64,000 nt of DNA, from positions 2,159,288 to 2,223,287 of the forward strand of contig OZ287695.1 in the NCBI GenBank assembly GCA_965649825.1. The letters run 5' to 3'. Positions 25,401 through 36,029 of the stretch are shown here, one piece after another. The position numbers were made by a program, and so were the translations under genes. The notes under the pieces were generated by a model, which was not told the origin of the DNA, ran no database searches, and saw only the letters and a list, made by a program, of their open reading frames with translations. Position 1 is the stretch's first letter; each line of letters opens with the position of its first letter. This DNA comes from Penicillus capitatus. Taxonomy: Eukaryota; Plantae; Chlorophyta.

Positions 25401-26486
25401 GACCTGGGCGCTGTACAAATGTCAGGAGGAGCTTGTGGCGCTGTACAAAGAGCAGGATGTTGCATTGACAGTGTTGTATGGAAGAGGAGGCTGTATGGGC
25501 CGTGGAGGCGGTGATCCATTGTGGCTTGCTGTCCAATCTCAACCACCCGGTGCGCTGAATGGTCGTCTCAGGATGATCGAACAGGTCAGAAAGAACACAC
25601 GAGAGATATGCGCATGAATTCGTGCTGGTTCAGGGCGAGATGGTGCAGGCCAAGTTCGGTGTGCCCACTGTGGCCGAGGAGCAGTTGGAAACGTGTGCCA
25701 GTGCCTTGCTAATGGCAACCTTGTCGCCAGCCAAGACGTCCAAAAACGAAGGCTGGGTGAATTTGATGGAATCGATGAGTGTCGATTCTCGTTCAGCATA
25801 TCTAGCCGTGATTGAACATCCTAAATTTGAAGACTACTTTCTTCACGTGACTCCAGAATTGGAGCTCTCAACCATGATCACACGAATGGATCAACATGAT
25901 CAACCCCGTTGCGAAACAAACATCGAAATCAACAAGCAAGCACCGTGCCTTATGTGATGTGACTAGGAAGCAGGTATGGCGTAGGACAATTCCTTGGATT
26001 TTTTCATGGACGCAGACGCGCCATGTCTTTCCCTCCTGGCTTGGATTCGGCAATGCCTTGCAGAATGCCATTGAAGGAGGGAATCTGTTGGTTCTTCGAG
26101 ATATGTACAACGAATGGCCCCTTTTTCATTCCATGGTCGATTTGATCGAAATGATCCTTGCGAAAGTGGATACCAGAATCGCTGCCGTCTACGACGCAGC
26201 TTTCGTGACAGATCCAGAGGAAGAGGCCATCGGCCATGCGATCTGTCAAAGCTATAAGACAACAACAGAGGCTGTGCTCAGAGTCACGGGACATGCCCGT
26301 CTCTGCGATCATAATCCACTGCTGAGACACCTCCTGTCTCTCAGAAGCCCATTTCTGGACCCCATCAATATTTTGCAGGTCCAGATTCTCAAGGAGCTCC
26401 GATCGAAGCCAAAAGATAAATCGTTAAAGGATGCTTTGACGATCACCATTAATGGCATTGCTGCTGGAATGCGTAACACAGGATAG
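22485..26486 (+). CDS. PPC: Bacterial-type phosphoenolpyruvate carboxylase (BTPC), strongly divergent at several catalytic motifs
   Basis: N-terminus [87 protein letters not shown], and the C-terminal GMRNTG signature of the bacterial type. Many introns. Confidence 0.93.
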
Positions 26487-26518
26487 ACATTGTCGTTCAT
26501 CTGTCCAAGATGGATGTC

Positions 26519-28437
26519 CTACGTGTTGACGCTCTGTGAGGGCAGCAGAGGTTTTAATCCAGCCATGACATCTGATTTTGTTTGGACGGCTGAGTTCTGA
26601 ATTAGCTTCTCGATCAGCTGCGCGATTTCGCGATCGCTCGCTTGTGGATGCCACTCTCTGTCCACAATGCGTCGCGCCTGTCCCATCTTCAAAGATGCTT
26701 CGAATCCACTCTGGTATGCCAAGAAGAGTCGGCTGACCCAGTCCTGTGTACCCGGACTCCCGTCTCGATGCAGGATGTGCAACATCAGGTTCAATCCCAG
26801 TCGAACCGTCGGCTGCAATGCACGTGTCCGTTCGATGTCCCGATCCGTTTCGAGCGGCCAAACGCGAGGCAGGATGCTGAAGAGCTTGGAGTCTCTCACG
26901 AGTTCCAGTGCCTTGGTGATGAGATCTCTGTTGTCCAGCATCGCGACAGGATCTTCGAAGGCACTCCGTGGCATGGTGTTCGGAACGGGAGATGTGACTT
27001 TCGAGAGAAACACCAGCTGAGCATTGACCAGTGCAAGATCCATGTCCATCGGAACAGCACTTGTGCACAGTCGCTCGATCCGATAAGGAAGCATGATCTG
27101 CATCGACTCCACAAATGCCTCGGATTTGAGTCGAAACGACATGTTCGAGCGAAACTCGCTGTGCAGTGACATGAGATCGAAGAGGATCACTTGGATCTCA
27201 CGGGGTTCATCTGTGACGCTCAGATGATTGCTGAGAATCGATGTCGTCGTTGTGCCGTGCAGGAGGATCTCGTTGCTGACAGTGGATCTGAAATTCGACG
27301 ATTCTGGCAGATGCAGAACGAGGAGCAGCACGCCACGCAGGACACCAAAGACATGCATCCTCAAGATCTCATCCATTCTGTGATCGAGAAGTGTGACCAA
27401 CTTGAGTGACTGCCGAACGACATCCATATTACGAAGCATCTCTGCATAACATGTGTCACGGAGACAGGCATACAGGAAGGAAAAGAGCACCTTCGATAAA
27501 GAACGATGAGGCCTGCACTTCTTCCTTGAGTTTCTCGAAGATCGTGCGAATCATGAAACAGAGAGCGCTGTTTGTGGTTTCGCATTCTTGAAGATGAAAG
27601 GAGTTAGCCGCCATCTGCACAAACACACAGTCCGATCTCATCCTCTACATCTCCTCGCAGCGAATACAGTGTTTACCTGAAGGGCGATGCTGGCCAGTCC
27701 ATGGAAAACACCCAGTGCGTGGCGGCAGCTTGAGTGGAATAGAGCACTGTGCTGCACGATTGAATGCTTGATAAAGAGTGCCATGGCCATTGCCAGCCGT
27801 TGGACTTCGTGGATCTCGGCTTCCGTTTCGAAGCCTGATTGCATGGCCGATTGAAGTCGCTCCAGATCGTGCAGCATAGCAGAGGCGGCATTCTCTGGAA
27901 AGAAACTGGAAAAGATCTGCAGCAAAACGTTTCGCTGCGGATCCGAACGGCCATCGATGTTCCCGAGACAGCGAGAGAGAACACTATAGACATTGGCTCG
28001 GTAGGACCAGTAAGAGACGCCCTGTGTGTGCTGCTCGACATCATATGTCACATCATTGGCCGTAATGGCTGCTCGAAAGAGACTCTGACACAGTTGGCCG
28101 CCTTCTTCGATGACCCGATTCAACTCCTGAGCAAAATGCCCGTGATGTGACAGCTGGTGGAGTGTCTGCAAGGCATCGCGATACACGCCAGGCTGCGTCA
28201 TCGCAAAGCGCGAAATCGACAGCGTGTTTACGATCCCGTCCAGCAAATCGCCTTCGCGACGCGCATCCTGACGAGGGAAGCCCAAGAGATCAGAGGCAAA
28301 CTGGGGCGCCGAACTTGCGAGGACGTCGTTTACAAATCGCAGCACGGCCTGAGCAGGCGTCCCTTCACCTACAATCGATCTTCGTACGTTATTTGGGCAT
28401 TGCTCTGTCGTCGCTTACGACGTGAAGTGCGTCGCAT
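26519..28437 (-). CDS. Alpha-helical protein of ~580 aa resembling the middle/C-terminal part of nucleoporin Nup205 (truncated paralog)
   Basis: Exons at ~28437-28419, 28360-27697, 27635-27494 and 27447-26519 with GT-AG joins. Segments SDLLGFP..LLDGIVNTL..YRDALQTLHQLS, FRLKSEAFVESM, LVNAQLVFLSKV and LQPTVRLGLNL recall Nup205 blocks in the right order; recalled, not searched. Confidence 0.55.
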
Positions 28438-28539
28438 TTTTCTGTCAATTGCTCGATACACGTCGTTCGTCGTACATCAGCGTCATGGCGGTGCGTTTGG
28501 CGCCTTGTTGGTGCGTTCGTTGGTGGCACGATGGATGTA

Positions 28540-29170
28540 GGGTATCAATCGACTCGGCAAAGCTCCTCCCAAGCCAGGAACGTTGCGACCACCCGACCCC
28601 AACAAATATCGAACGGTCGATATGTTCTCCGAAGATATTGAAGGCGACGCAGACTATCTCAAAATGGTCCAAGACGTACGCGCAGATCTCTCGTCATGGA
28701 GTGAACGCCAAGTACATGTGGATGTTGTTCTGTAGATTGAAGATTTGCAGCAGCAACAGGGATGGCTCTTCGGTCGAGGGGCCTTTGACAAAGGAGATTT
28801 GCTGTACTTAAGGGACGAGGCACAGAAACAGCGTCATGCAGAACTGGAGCTGCGCGATCAGGAACTCAGTCAGTTTGCCGCGCTCAGGGCAAAGATGGAT
28901 CGGCAGGAGAAGAAGCGAAAAGATACGGGAGACGTCACATCATCTCTTGCATCGGGTCGATCGACCAGACGATCCCAGACGAAAATCCTCTCCTCTATGA
29001 TCAAAGTCAAGCCCAAGATCCAACCCAAAGGCAAGAAACGGCGAAAGGAGGACAGCACTGAGGCACCACCGTCGGATAAGGCCAAGAAGACGTCGCTTGT
29101 AGGCAAGTCGACATCGACTGGTTCGCCGTCCTGTGTAGATGATGTGACAGCTCGCGTATCCGATGGATGA
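28540..29170 (+). CDS. Small basic nuclear protein, possibly FAM192A/Fyv6 (NIP30/PSME3IP1)-like; start uncertain
   Basis: Spliced reading ..PDPNKYRTVDMFSEDIEGDADYLKMVQD|IEDLQQQQGWLFGRGAFDKGDLLYLRDEAQKQRHAELELRDQELSQFAALR..SSMIKVKPK. The FDxxDLxYL..EL..F pattern and the IKVKP tail resemble this family. Confidence 0.45.
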
Positions 29171-29241
29171 TGTTCGCGAAAAGGTCGATATGTATTCACG
29201 ATATATGCAATTTGAAATCCACTCAGAATGTCGTTTCTGTA

Positions 29242-29630
29242 TCAGAAAAAGACTTCTTCATCATCTTTGGCCTCTTCGACAAACCTGAAGCCCCATCCTT
29301 GATTAACGTTTTAAGTGCACTGGCCTCCTTTTCATCGATCTTCAAGACGTTTTGCATATCTTTGGCCATTGCCTCGTCTCTTGTTTTTCAGAAGTAGACT
29401 GCAAAGAGATCAAGCACTTCATCTCGTCGATCCCATATCCCATTGCCGTTCTCTGCCTTGCTGTTGCTACTGCCCATCAAGACCTTGGAGCAGACCAAGG
29501 GATTGTTCACATCAGCAACCAACGGGCTTTCTTCGTCCTTCGATTCACATTGATCGTACCATTCGATTGCCTACTGTACTGTAGGCCTCGACATGTCACG
29601 TTCGGCGTCATCGTTGGCCAGATTGACAGA
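29242..29630 (-). pseudogene. TIC110: Pseudogene fragment of the C-terminus of the chloroplast inner-envelope translocon Tic110
   Basis: Reads TVQ*AIEWYDQ..VADVNNPLVCSKVL..IWDRRDEVLDLFAVYF*KTRDEAMAKDMQNVLKIDEKEASALKTLIKDG, then a 1-nt frameshift to GFRFVEEAKDDEEVFF*. This parallels the Tic110 end (LNDLLAC..W...EELxDLxxIY..LQYLLGI..A.AL....EExxFVF). Two nonsense codons and one frameshift. Confidence 0.6.
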
Positions 29631-29789
29631 TGAAGAGAGCCAAACCGAGTTGTTACAAGAGAGACAAAAGGTCAGACAAAACTGTGAGTTCTAGACCCCA
29701 TATCTCGTTCGCGTGATGTAATGGACGTGACGTGAACGAAGGAGCTCAATAACAACCTTTCTTTCCAGAATGTGTTCGATTGTTTTCTT

Positions 29790-30313
29790 CACGCATGAGA
29801 TCAAGTAAAGGATGTACTTGTAGATATCAAAATCTGCAAAGAGTAAGAAAGTAAAGAAACCAGAGTGTCAGGTCGGTGCTTTGAAGAGTGGAATCTCCCG
29901 AAGACATGATCTTGGTGCAGCTTTGAAGGCAAGCGAGGAGAAAAGTTTCCCCTCGAAAGGCACGCTCTCCTTCGCGATTTTCAAGCAGATCTGAGAGAGT
30001 TTGTCCAAAACCGTCTTCTCTTCAAAGAAGAACTGTATCTCTTCCAGCGTCATCGTCAATTATTCCTAGAATGCACAAAACGCTGCTAGTTGTGAACGCA
30101 GTGGAAAGGTACTTACCTTTATTATAGCCGCGACGTGTTTTGGGTGCTGCTCCTTGTCATCGATGCAAAGCTGGCCAAACTGGCTGACGATGGCAGCGTC
30201 GAGCTCGTCCTACACAGCGAATCTTCTCGACAGTCAGCAGGAAAGTGTAAGACCTTGTGGGAGGACGGCGCAAAGGCCGAGGGAGGATCGGACGGAGTCT
30301 CGCGCCTTTCCAT
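29790..30313 (-). pseudogene. Short or decayed spliced ORF starting inside the repeat copy
   Basis: MERRETPSDPPSAFAPSSHK|DELDAAIVSQFGQLCIDDKEQHPKHVAAIIK|E*LTMTLEEIQFFFEEKTVLDKLSQ, with good splice sites (AAG|gtaagt...ttctag) but a TAA immediately after intron 2. Confidence 0.4.
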
Positions 30314-30899
30314 ATTCACAAATGAAGGTTACTTTGCAAAACGTAGTTTATTATCTCATACGGACAGCGACATGAACCGTCGAGTTCCATCGCCACTAAA
30401 CTTCAAGACGGAACTCCTTGCAACGACTCCTCTAAGCACCGCGTGGGGAATAACACACAAGTCTGCCCGATCCCGCAAGATAACGACCAAGCATGGCAGA
30501 ACGCAAGCGAAAGATGTGCAATATGCGCGTCTGTCCTTTTGGCTATCAGCTGTATGCCTCTCAGCGTGACGCTCAATAACTTATTGACACAAAGACCAAC
30601 TGAGGCTTCTTCCGTATGTGACAACTGACAGACAGGCAGTTAAGTTCTCTTCTTTTTTCAATGCCTGAGTTTTATTACATACAGACCACAGATCGTTTGA
30701 ACCAGCGGGTCGGTATTGAATGAGCAATTAAGCCGAAACCTCGCGAAGGCCCTGTTGCAAGCTTTACATTTTCCTGAGAGCAAGTGCACGGCTCTCAGTG
30801 CCATTTTTCATCGACGCAAAAGACTGATTACGGGATTTCCCGATAATGTCGGTAGCTTTGCACAAAGACTGTTTCTGCCACTCTATTAGACTATACTAG
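30238..30899 (+). repeat. Dispersed repeat, copy 1 (core 30361-30899; diverged extension to 30238)
   Basis: Reverse complement of 51255-51964. By eye the core is roughly 90-95% identical (identical stretch CTATCAGCTGTATGCCTCTCAGCGTGACGCTCAAT). No TIR, poly(A) tail or transposase recognised. Confidence 0.95.
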
Positions 30900-31340
30900 G
30901 TACCGGGAATTTAGATCTTTCTGCATAAGCAAACATTGAACACCATGCTTTCTAAATAATATACTCCATTCATGTGCAAATGTTCAGTCGGGAAAAGGGG
31001 GAACACATGTGTTCGGCCCATCCAGATAGATGTCGTACGTAACACCGCAGCAAACAATTTTCAAACCCATGTTACACAATGTGAAAGCTCGTCCCAACAA
31101 CGCACATTTTTCATAGAAGTCTAAGAAAAAAGTGACGTCGGCCACGGAAATCATTCCAATATGCAAAACATCTGAATTCAGCCAGATTTGACAAGTTGGT
31201 GTTTAAGGCAAACCGCATCGTTTTCTTATTCTTCGGAAAGACGGAAGAGAAGTGGGGGTGCAAGGTGCGACACTGTATTCGGAAGAAGACTGATCTCTTA
31301 TGAACGGACACTATTGGATAGAATGATGGGCTTCCAGAGA

Positions 31341-34300
31341 CTAAAGGACCCGATCTTTGTGCTTCTTGAGTTCTGCAATTTGAAGCAAGCCTGGGTACAT
31401 CTGCTCCAAAACGCCATGTATTTTTGACAGCAGTTGCTTGATGTCTTCGTTTGACTGCTCACAGACTGTGCGGCTAGTTTTGTTGCCATGGAGAAACAAT
31501 GTTCTTTTTCTCGTCCATCTCCGCTCAGCAGATATCGTCATTGCCGTGCGCATCGATCGCAGAGCAATTTCTCTCAAAACGCAATCACTCTGACGACTCC
31601 AGAACACATTCGTGAGCATTGTTAGATCCGCGGTTCGAAGAGCACGACGTAGACGATCATCCGTTTCTGGAGATACAATTATGTGTGCTATGATATCTTC
31701 CATGCTTTCTGGCACGGTAGATTCAGCATCGTTGCCTTGTTCTATGACTTCTGAAGGTATGTCGCCAGTCAGAATTCGACGCTCACGTTCAAGAAGCTCC
31801 AATTGAGATTCCATTTTGTTTGCGTCTTTGCCTATGATTGTCCTTAAGCGTGGTGCTGCCACTTGCCGCACGACTCGGATTTCACCTCTACAGCCATTTT
31901 CCAATATCCTTGTTAAATCTTCCACCAGTTCGCCTGAAGAAGCAACGAGGACTCGTGCCGTGTTTTCCATTGCACGTGCTCCGGCTTCATCCGCATGCAT
32001 TGCTTGCTTTTTCAAAGTTTCAGCGACCCACTCTCTGTATCCCGGAATACGTGCAATGATTTGAATGAGATACTGAAAAGACGCATCGAATAGAAGAGTG
32101 TCATGCCCTTCTGTTTTTGTTATCGAGGCAACCAGGTCTGGGAAGGCATCAAGCACGTTGGAGATTTTTCCAAGCTGACTCGACAACACTTCTCTCATGT
32201 CTGCATTCTTGTAATGATTTGCGATCAATGATCGGAGAGACTCCAGCAGACTATTGACGATCTCGTTCTCTTTCAAGGCATCGATCAAAGACGGATCCAA
32301 AGACGACAACACAGCATTCAGCACTTGCAATTTTGTGAACAGATGCTGTATCCCAGTAACATCCAACACAGGAGCTCTGTCGATATGCTCAATCAATGCA
32401 GGGAATTGATGGTAGTCTCTGTCCTGAAAGAACTCTTCCGTCATGAAGCGAATTGCATTCCTCTGTCGCTGAAGGTATTTGCCTTCTGTCAAGAACTCTT
32501 TAACTCGGTTGTATCTCCCGCTGTCCGCTCCTGGATTTTTGAATGCTTTTGCCAGATAACGACCAGCAAAGAACTCTTGAAAGACTGGATGCAGGAAGCG
32601 ATAGTCCTTGCTTCCCATTTGTTTTACCAGGAATCCGCAATTCGCCAAGATCCATTCCTCCATCGACTTCGATGCTTTATCAATATCCTTCTTCTGGACA
32701 AGACTGTTGCCATCTTTGAGTGTCGCGAAAGCAATTTCTGACAGAACGTCGAATATCCCAGGTGGTGGTTTGCTGCGGAGTTTTTCGCTGGATTCTGCAA
32801 AATGTTTCCACATATGGCGCGCCACCATGTCATACAGATTCCACAAACTCTTTGTCAATTCGTTCTTTCTTGGCACCTGCTTTGGATCTTTCCATAGGAG
32901 GCAAAGAATATTCGCAATCACTGGAACATGTGCTGGCTCCCAAAGAGAAGGATTGGGGTACAACAACTTGACTAAACGAGGCCCATCGTTACCGATTTCT
33001 GAGTAGATAAATCGGAGAAACTGCAAATCATTGAATCCAGGGCACTCCACTGTGAGATCGACTTGATGTTGCACTTCATGCAAATTGCAGGGGCGACTAG
33101 TCAGCAGCAATTTACAACTGCGTCTGAATGCTGATGACAGCAAATGTTTGGCAAGGGTATTTCTTTCCTCTAATCCATCAAAAATGAGGAGAGTCTTTGG
33201 AGATTCCAGAGTGTCTTGAATCTGTGTCAGCAGGGGATTTGAATGCGAGTCTTCACTGTTGAACATCAATTTTGCGATCACCCTTTCCAGATTTCTGGTA
33301 CCCCAGTATTCGGATGGGTTGAAGATCTCTCCACCCGTCAATTTCTTTATAGAGATAATGTAAACGGTTTCGAATTCACGCCAACGGTTGCCGTGTGCCC
33401 ACTGGCAGGCAATGGTCTTAGTGAGGCACGTCTTTCCAGCTCCCGGGATTCCAATCAACAGCACACTTTTGACTTCACTTGGCTCTGCGTCAGGATCCAG
33501 TACTCGGTCCCGAAAGAGATCTCCCAAACGAACAGACTCTCCCGTTGGATACTGCGTTAGGTGATTGAATGTCGTGTGATGTTCATCGGTATCTTCTGCA
33601 TTGGTGTCATGAACGACATTCGCCTCTCCATCAGCAGCTCTTTTGGGGATCATAGTGCTGTACTCCATTTTCTTGACCCTCCTCTTCTGTTCATGCCGAG
33701 CATGAGAGAAAGCGACCTTTATGCAGAATAAAGATGTGTTTCATAGAGTAGTGCTCACTGCAGGATGTTCACCTCGGAAAAACTCTTGTCTTTGTACCTT
33801 GACTTCAATCCCTCGATGTTGTCATCCATATCCTGCACTGTCAGAACAAGTCCTACCTTCTTTCCCACCTCGCGAAAAAGGCAATCTCCAGTATCATCAG
33901 ATTGCTGTTGATGAGAGCTCAGTTTTTCTTCCAACGTTTTGCCGTCCAACCATTTATCAATCTGTTTCGTTCTGGGATCTTCGTCTGTCATTTCATTGAA
34001 AAGACTTTGCAGTTTCTCGCCGATCCGCTTTCGATGCTCTTCAAGTCGACAAGACGTATGGACTGCCTCTAGAAAGATCTCAAATATGTCCGAATCCTTA
34101 ATTATAGCCTCCTTGGACATGTCCAACAACTTAGTGACCGAATCTTCACGGACCTCTACTGTCTCAGATTCGTGAGCAAGGTGACTCAAAACTCCGATGT
34201 GACCAAACTGAAAGGCTTTTCGGTCTTCTTCATTCTGGCATCCTTCGAGGAACTTGATGGCAATGACATAGCCAGCTTGATAGTACGACAAGTCAATGTC

Positions 34301-35257
34301 CTCCTCAAGAGCTTTTGAGGTGTAGTTGACAAGTCTTTGCGTAGGCCAATACCATGCTTCTTCTTGGATGGTCTCAGGATCATCAGCACTGTTCACTCTC
34401 CTGACTCTACGTGCGGACGCCGCTGTGTCAGTTTCGATATCTAGTGCTCTGCGAAATCCCTGGAAACAGTAAAAGGGACCGAGAACGACGTCTCCCACGA
34501 TGGTACACCAGGTTTTTTTCCTTGGAAAGAACCTCATGTTGTTTATACGTCGAATGTCTTGTTCGACGATCTTCATGTAGTACCAAGATCGGTAACAGTT
34601 ATCGGAATTCTTGATCTCCTCACATTTCTCCCGTAAGATAATTCCATTGTGGAACTTCGTCGGATCGACCTCCTCGGACCTACAGGACGAGTAGAGGAGT
34701 TCCAGCGTCGAGTGGAGTGTGTGAAAGATGTCTCCATTCCACTGAAATTCTTTGTTCGTTATTCTCAGCTCGGCTGGGATACATTGGATGAGCTTGTGTG
34801 CCAAGTCGTGAAGCTCGAACGGCGCCTCCTCAAGGATATAATGAGCGACGTTGTTCTGAGCTTGGCCGATGGCCTTTGCATAAGCATTGGTGTTCGCGTT
34901 TTGCGCATCCTCTGGGGAAAGGATCGCCGCGAACGTGCTGAGAACTTTCTGGTGAAAAATTTGACATTCCCGTTGTGCCGTATATGGGATCTTCGTTCTT
35001 GACAGTTCTGCATACTCACGAACGACGTCTGGTGCCACTCCTTGTCCCGCCTTTCCGGCAAGGACTTCGTGATAGCGGTCGAGCCATCGACGGAATAGAG
35101 CCTTCTCTTTGGCGTCCGTCGTCGTGTTATGCGCTTCGACGAGTGCTCTCGTGCTGTGAATGCCTTTGGATTTTGCAAGTCGGCGAACGGTTTTTTCTTC
35201 GCTCTCTTTGACGTCCGAACTAGCGCTCTTTGGGAGTGTTCTTTCTTGTGCCGCCAT
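31341..35257 (-). CDS. NLR-like STAND NTPase: ~500-aa N-terminal helical domain, NACHT domain, degenerate HEAT/helical C-terminus (~1,290 aa, 2 coding exons)
   Basis: Exon 35257-33775 splices (GAG|gtgaac..ataaag|GTC) in frame to 33718-31341. Walker A is GIPGAGKT, Walker B is LLIFDGLEE, sensor is LLTSRP, and the winged-helix motif is YRFLHPVFQEFFAGRYLA. Confidence 0.92.
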
Positions 35258-36029
35258 ATTATTCACTGCACAAAACGATGAGATACGTCAGTTAGTTACG
35301 ACTTGATGAGGCGACATCGAGAGACGTAACACCGTCACGAGTGATTTCCCTTTATATTGAAAATGCCTCATCTCGACCGTATGACAGCAAGTAGGAGAGA
35401 GGACTATGTCTGGAGTATCTGAGTTCTGTGGGGTGCGCCTCAAGGCAGGAGCCATGAGTGCAAGATTCCACATTGTCGGCGTTACCTGCAGAATGACACC
35501 GGATTTGGCCTGCTGTCGCCAGAGGATGCTGACTAATAACGATTTGTTGGAGACTGCTGCAAGAGAGAGATTTTTGACAGTACACTGCCAGAGAGAGAAA
35601 GGAGAGGTGCATCCTGTGGCTTCTTCATTTATGCCCATCTCAATCCATCGCCTATTGAAGTTCTGCTTCTTTTTCGATTCTTCAATGTTCTGTTGGCTTC
35701 TCTCTTTCACCAACAGTTTGAAAAGAACAATGGACTGCCAGACCAGATCTCAAATGCATGGACAGGGCGAATAAGGTGCGGCAGAGATTTAGTGAAAGGT
35801 GTCTATCATCCAACCCCAATTTGAATGAATGATCCATATTCGCCGCTTAGCACTAGTTTCGCACCTCCGCCCCTGCCCTTTCCTTATTTACTCACTTAAA
35901 TGCCAGGATGGGTCTTATCAGGACTTGTCAATGTCATGTCATGTCGCGTCGTGGAATGGCCACAGAAACGATGTTTTCAATCGAACCATCGAGATAATCT
36001 GCCTCGCCGTGTTACAGCGTTTTCTCAGG

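Noticed and set aside
29242-30060. Alternative genetic code (TAA/TAG = Gln, as in some ulvophytes) or selenocysteine read-through to explain in-frame stops
   Set aside because: Conserved C-termini end in TAG or TAA (PEPC RNTG-TAG, COX5B, V-ATPase c''), and the Gln-rich 999-aa golgin ORF contains none. The Tic110 fragment also has a frameshift, so these stops are pseudogene lesions.
30361-30628. ORFs within the repeat core (30135+, 30403-, 30443+, 51525-, 51529+) as a repeat-encoded protein
   Set aside because: An indel shifts the frame between the two copies, so no single long frame is conserved.
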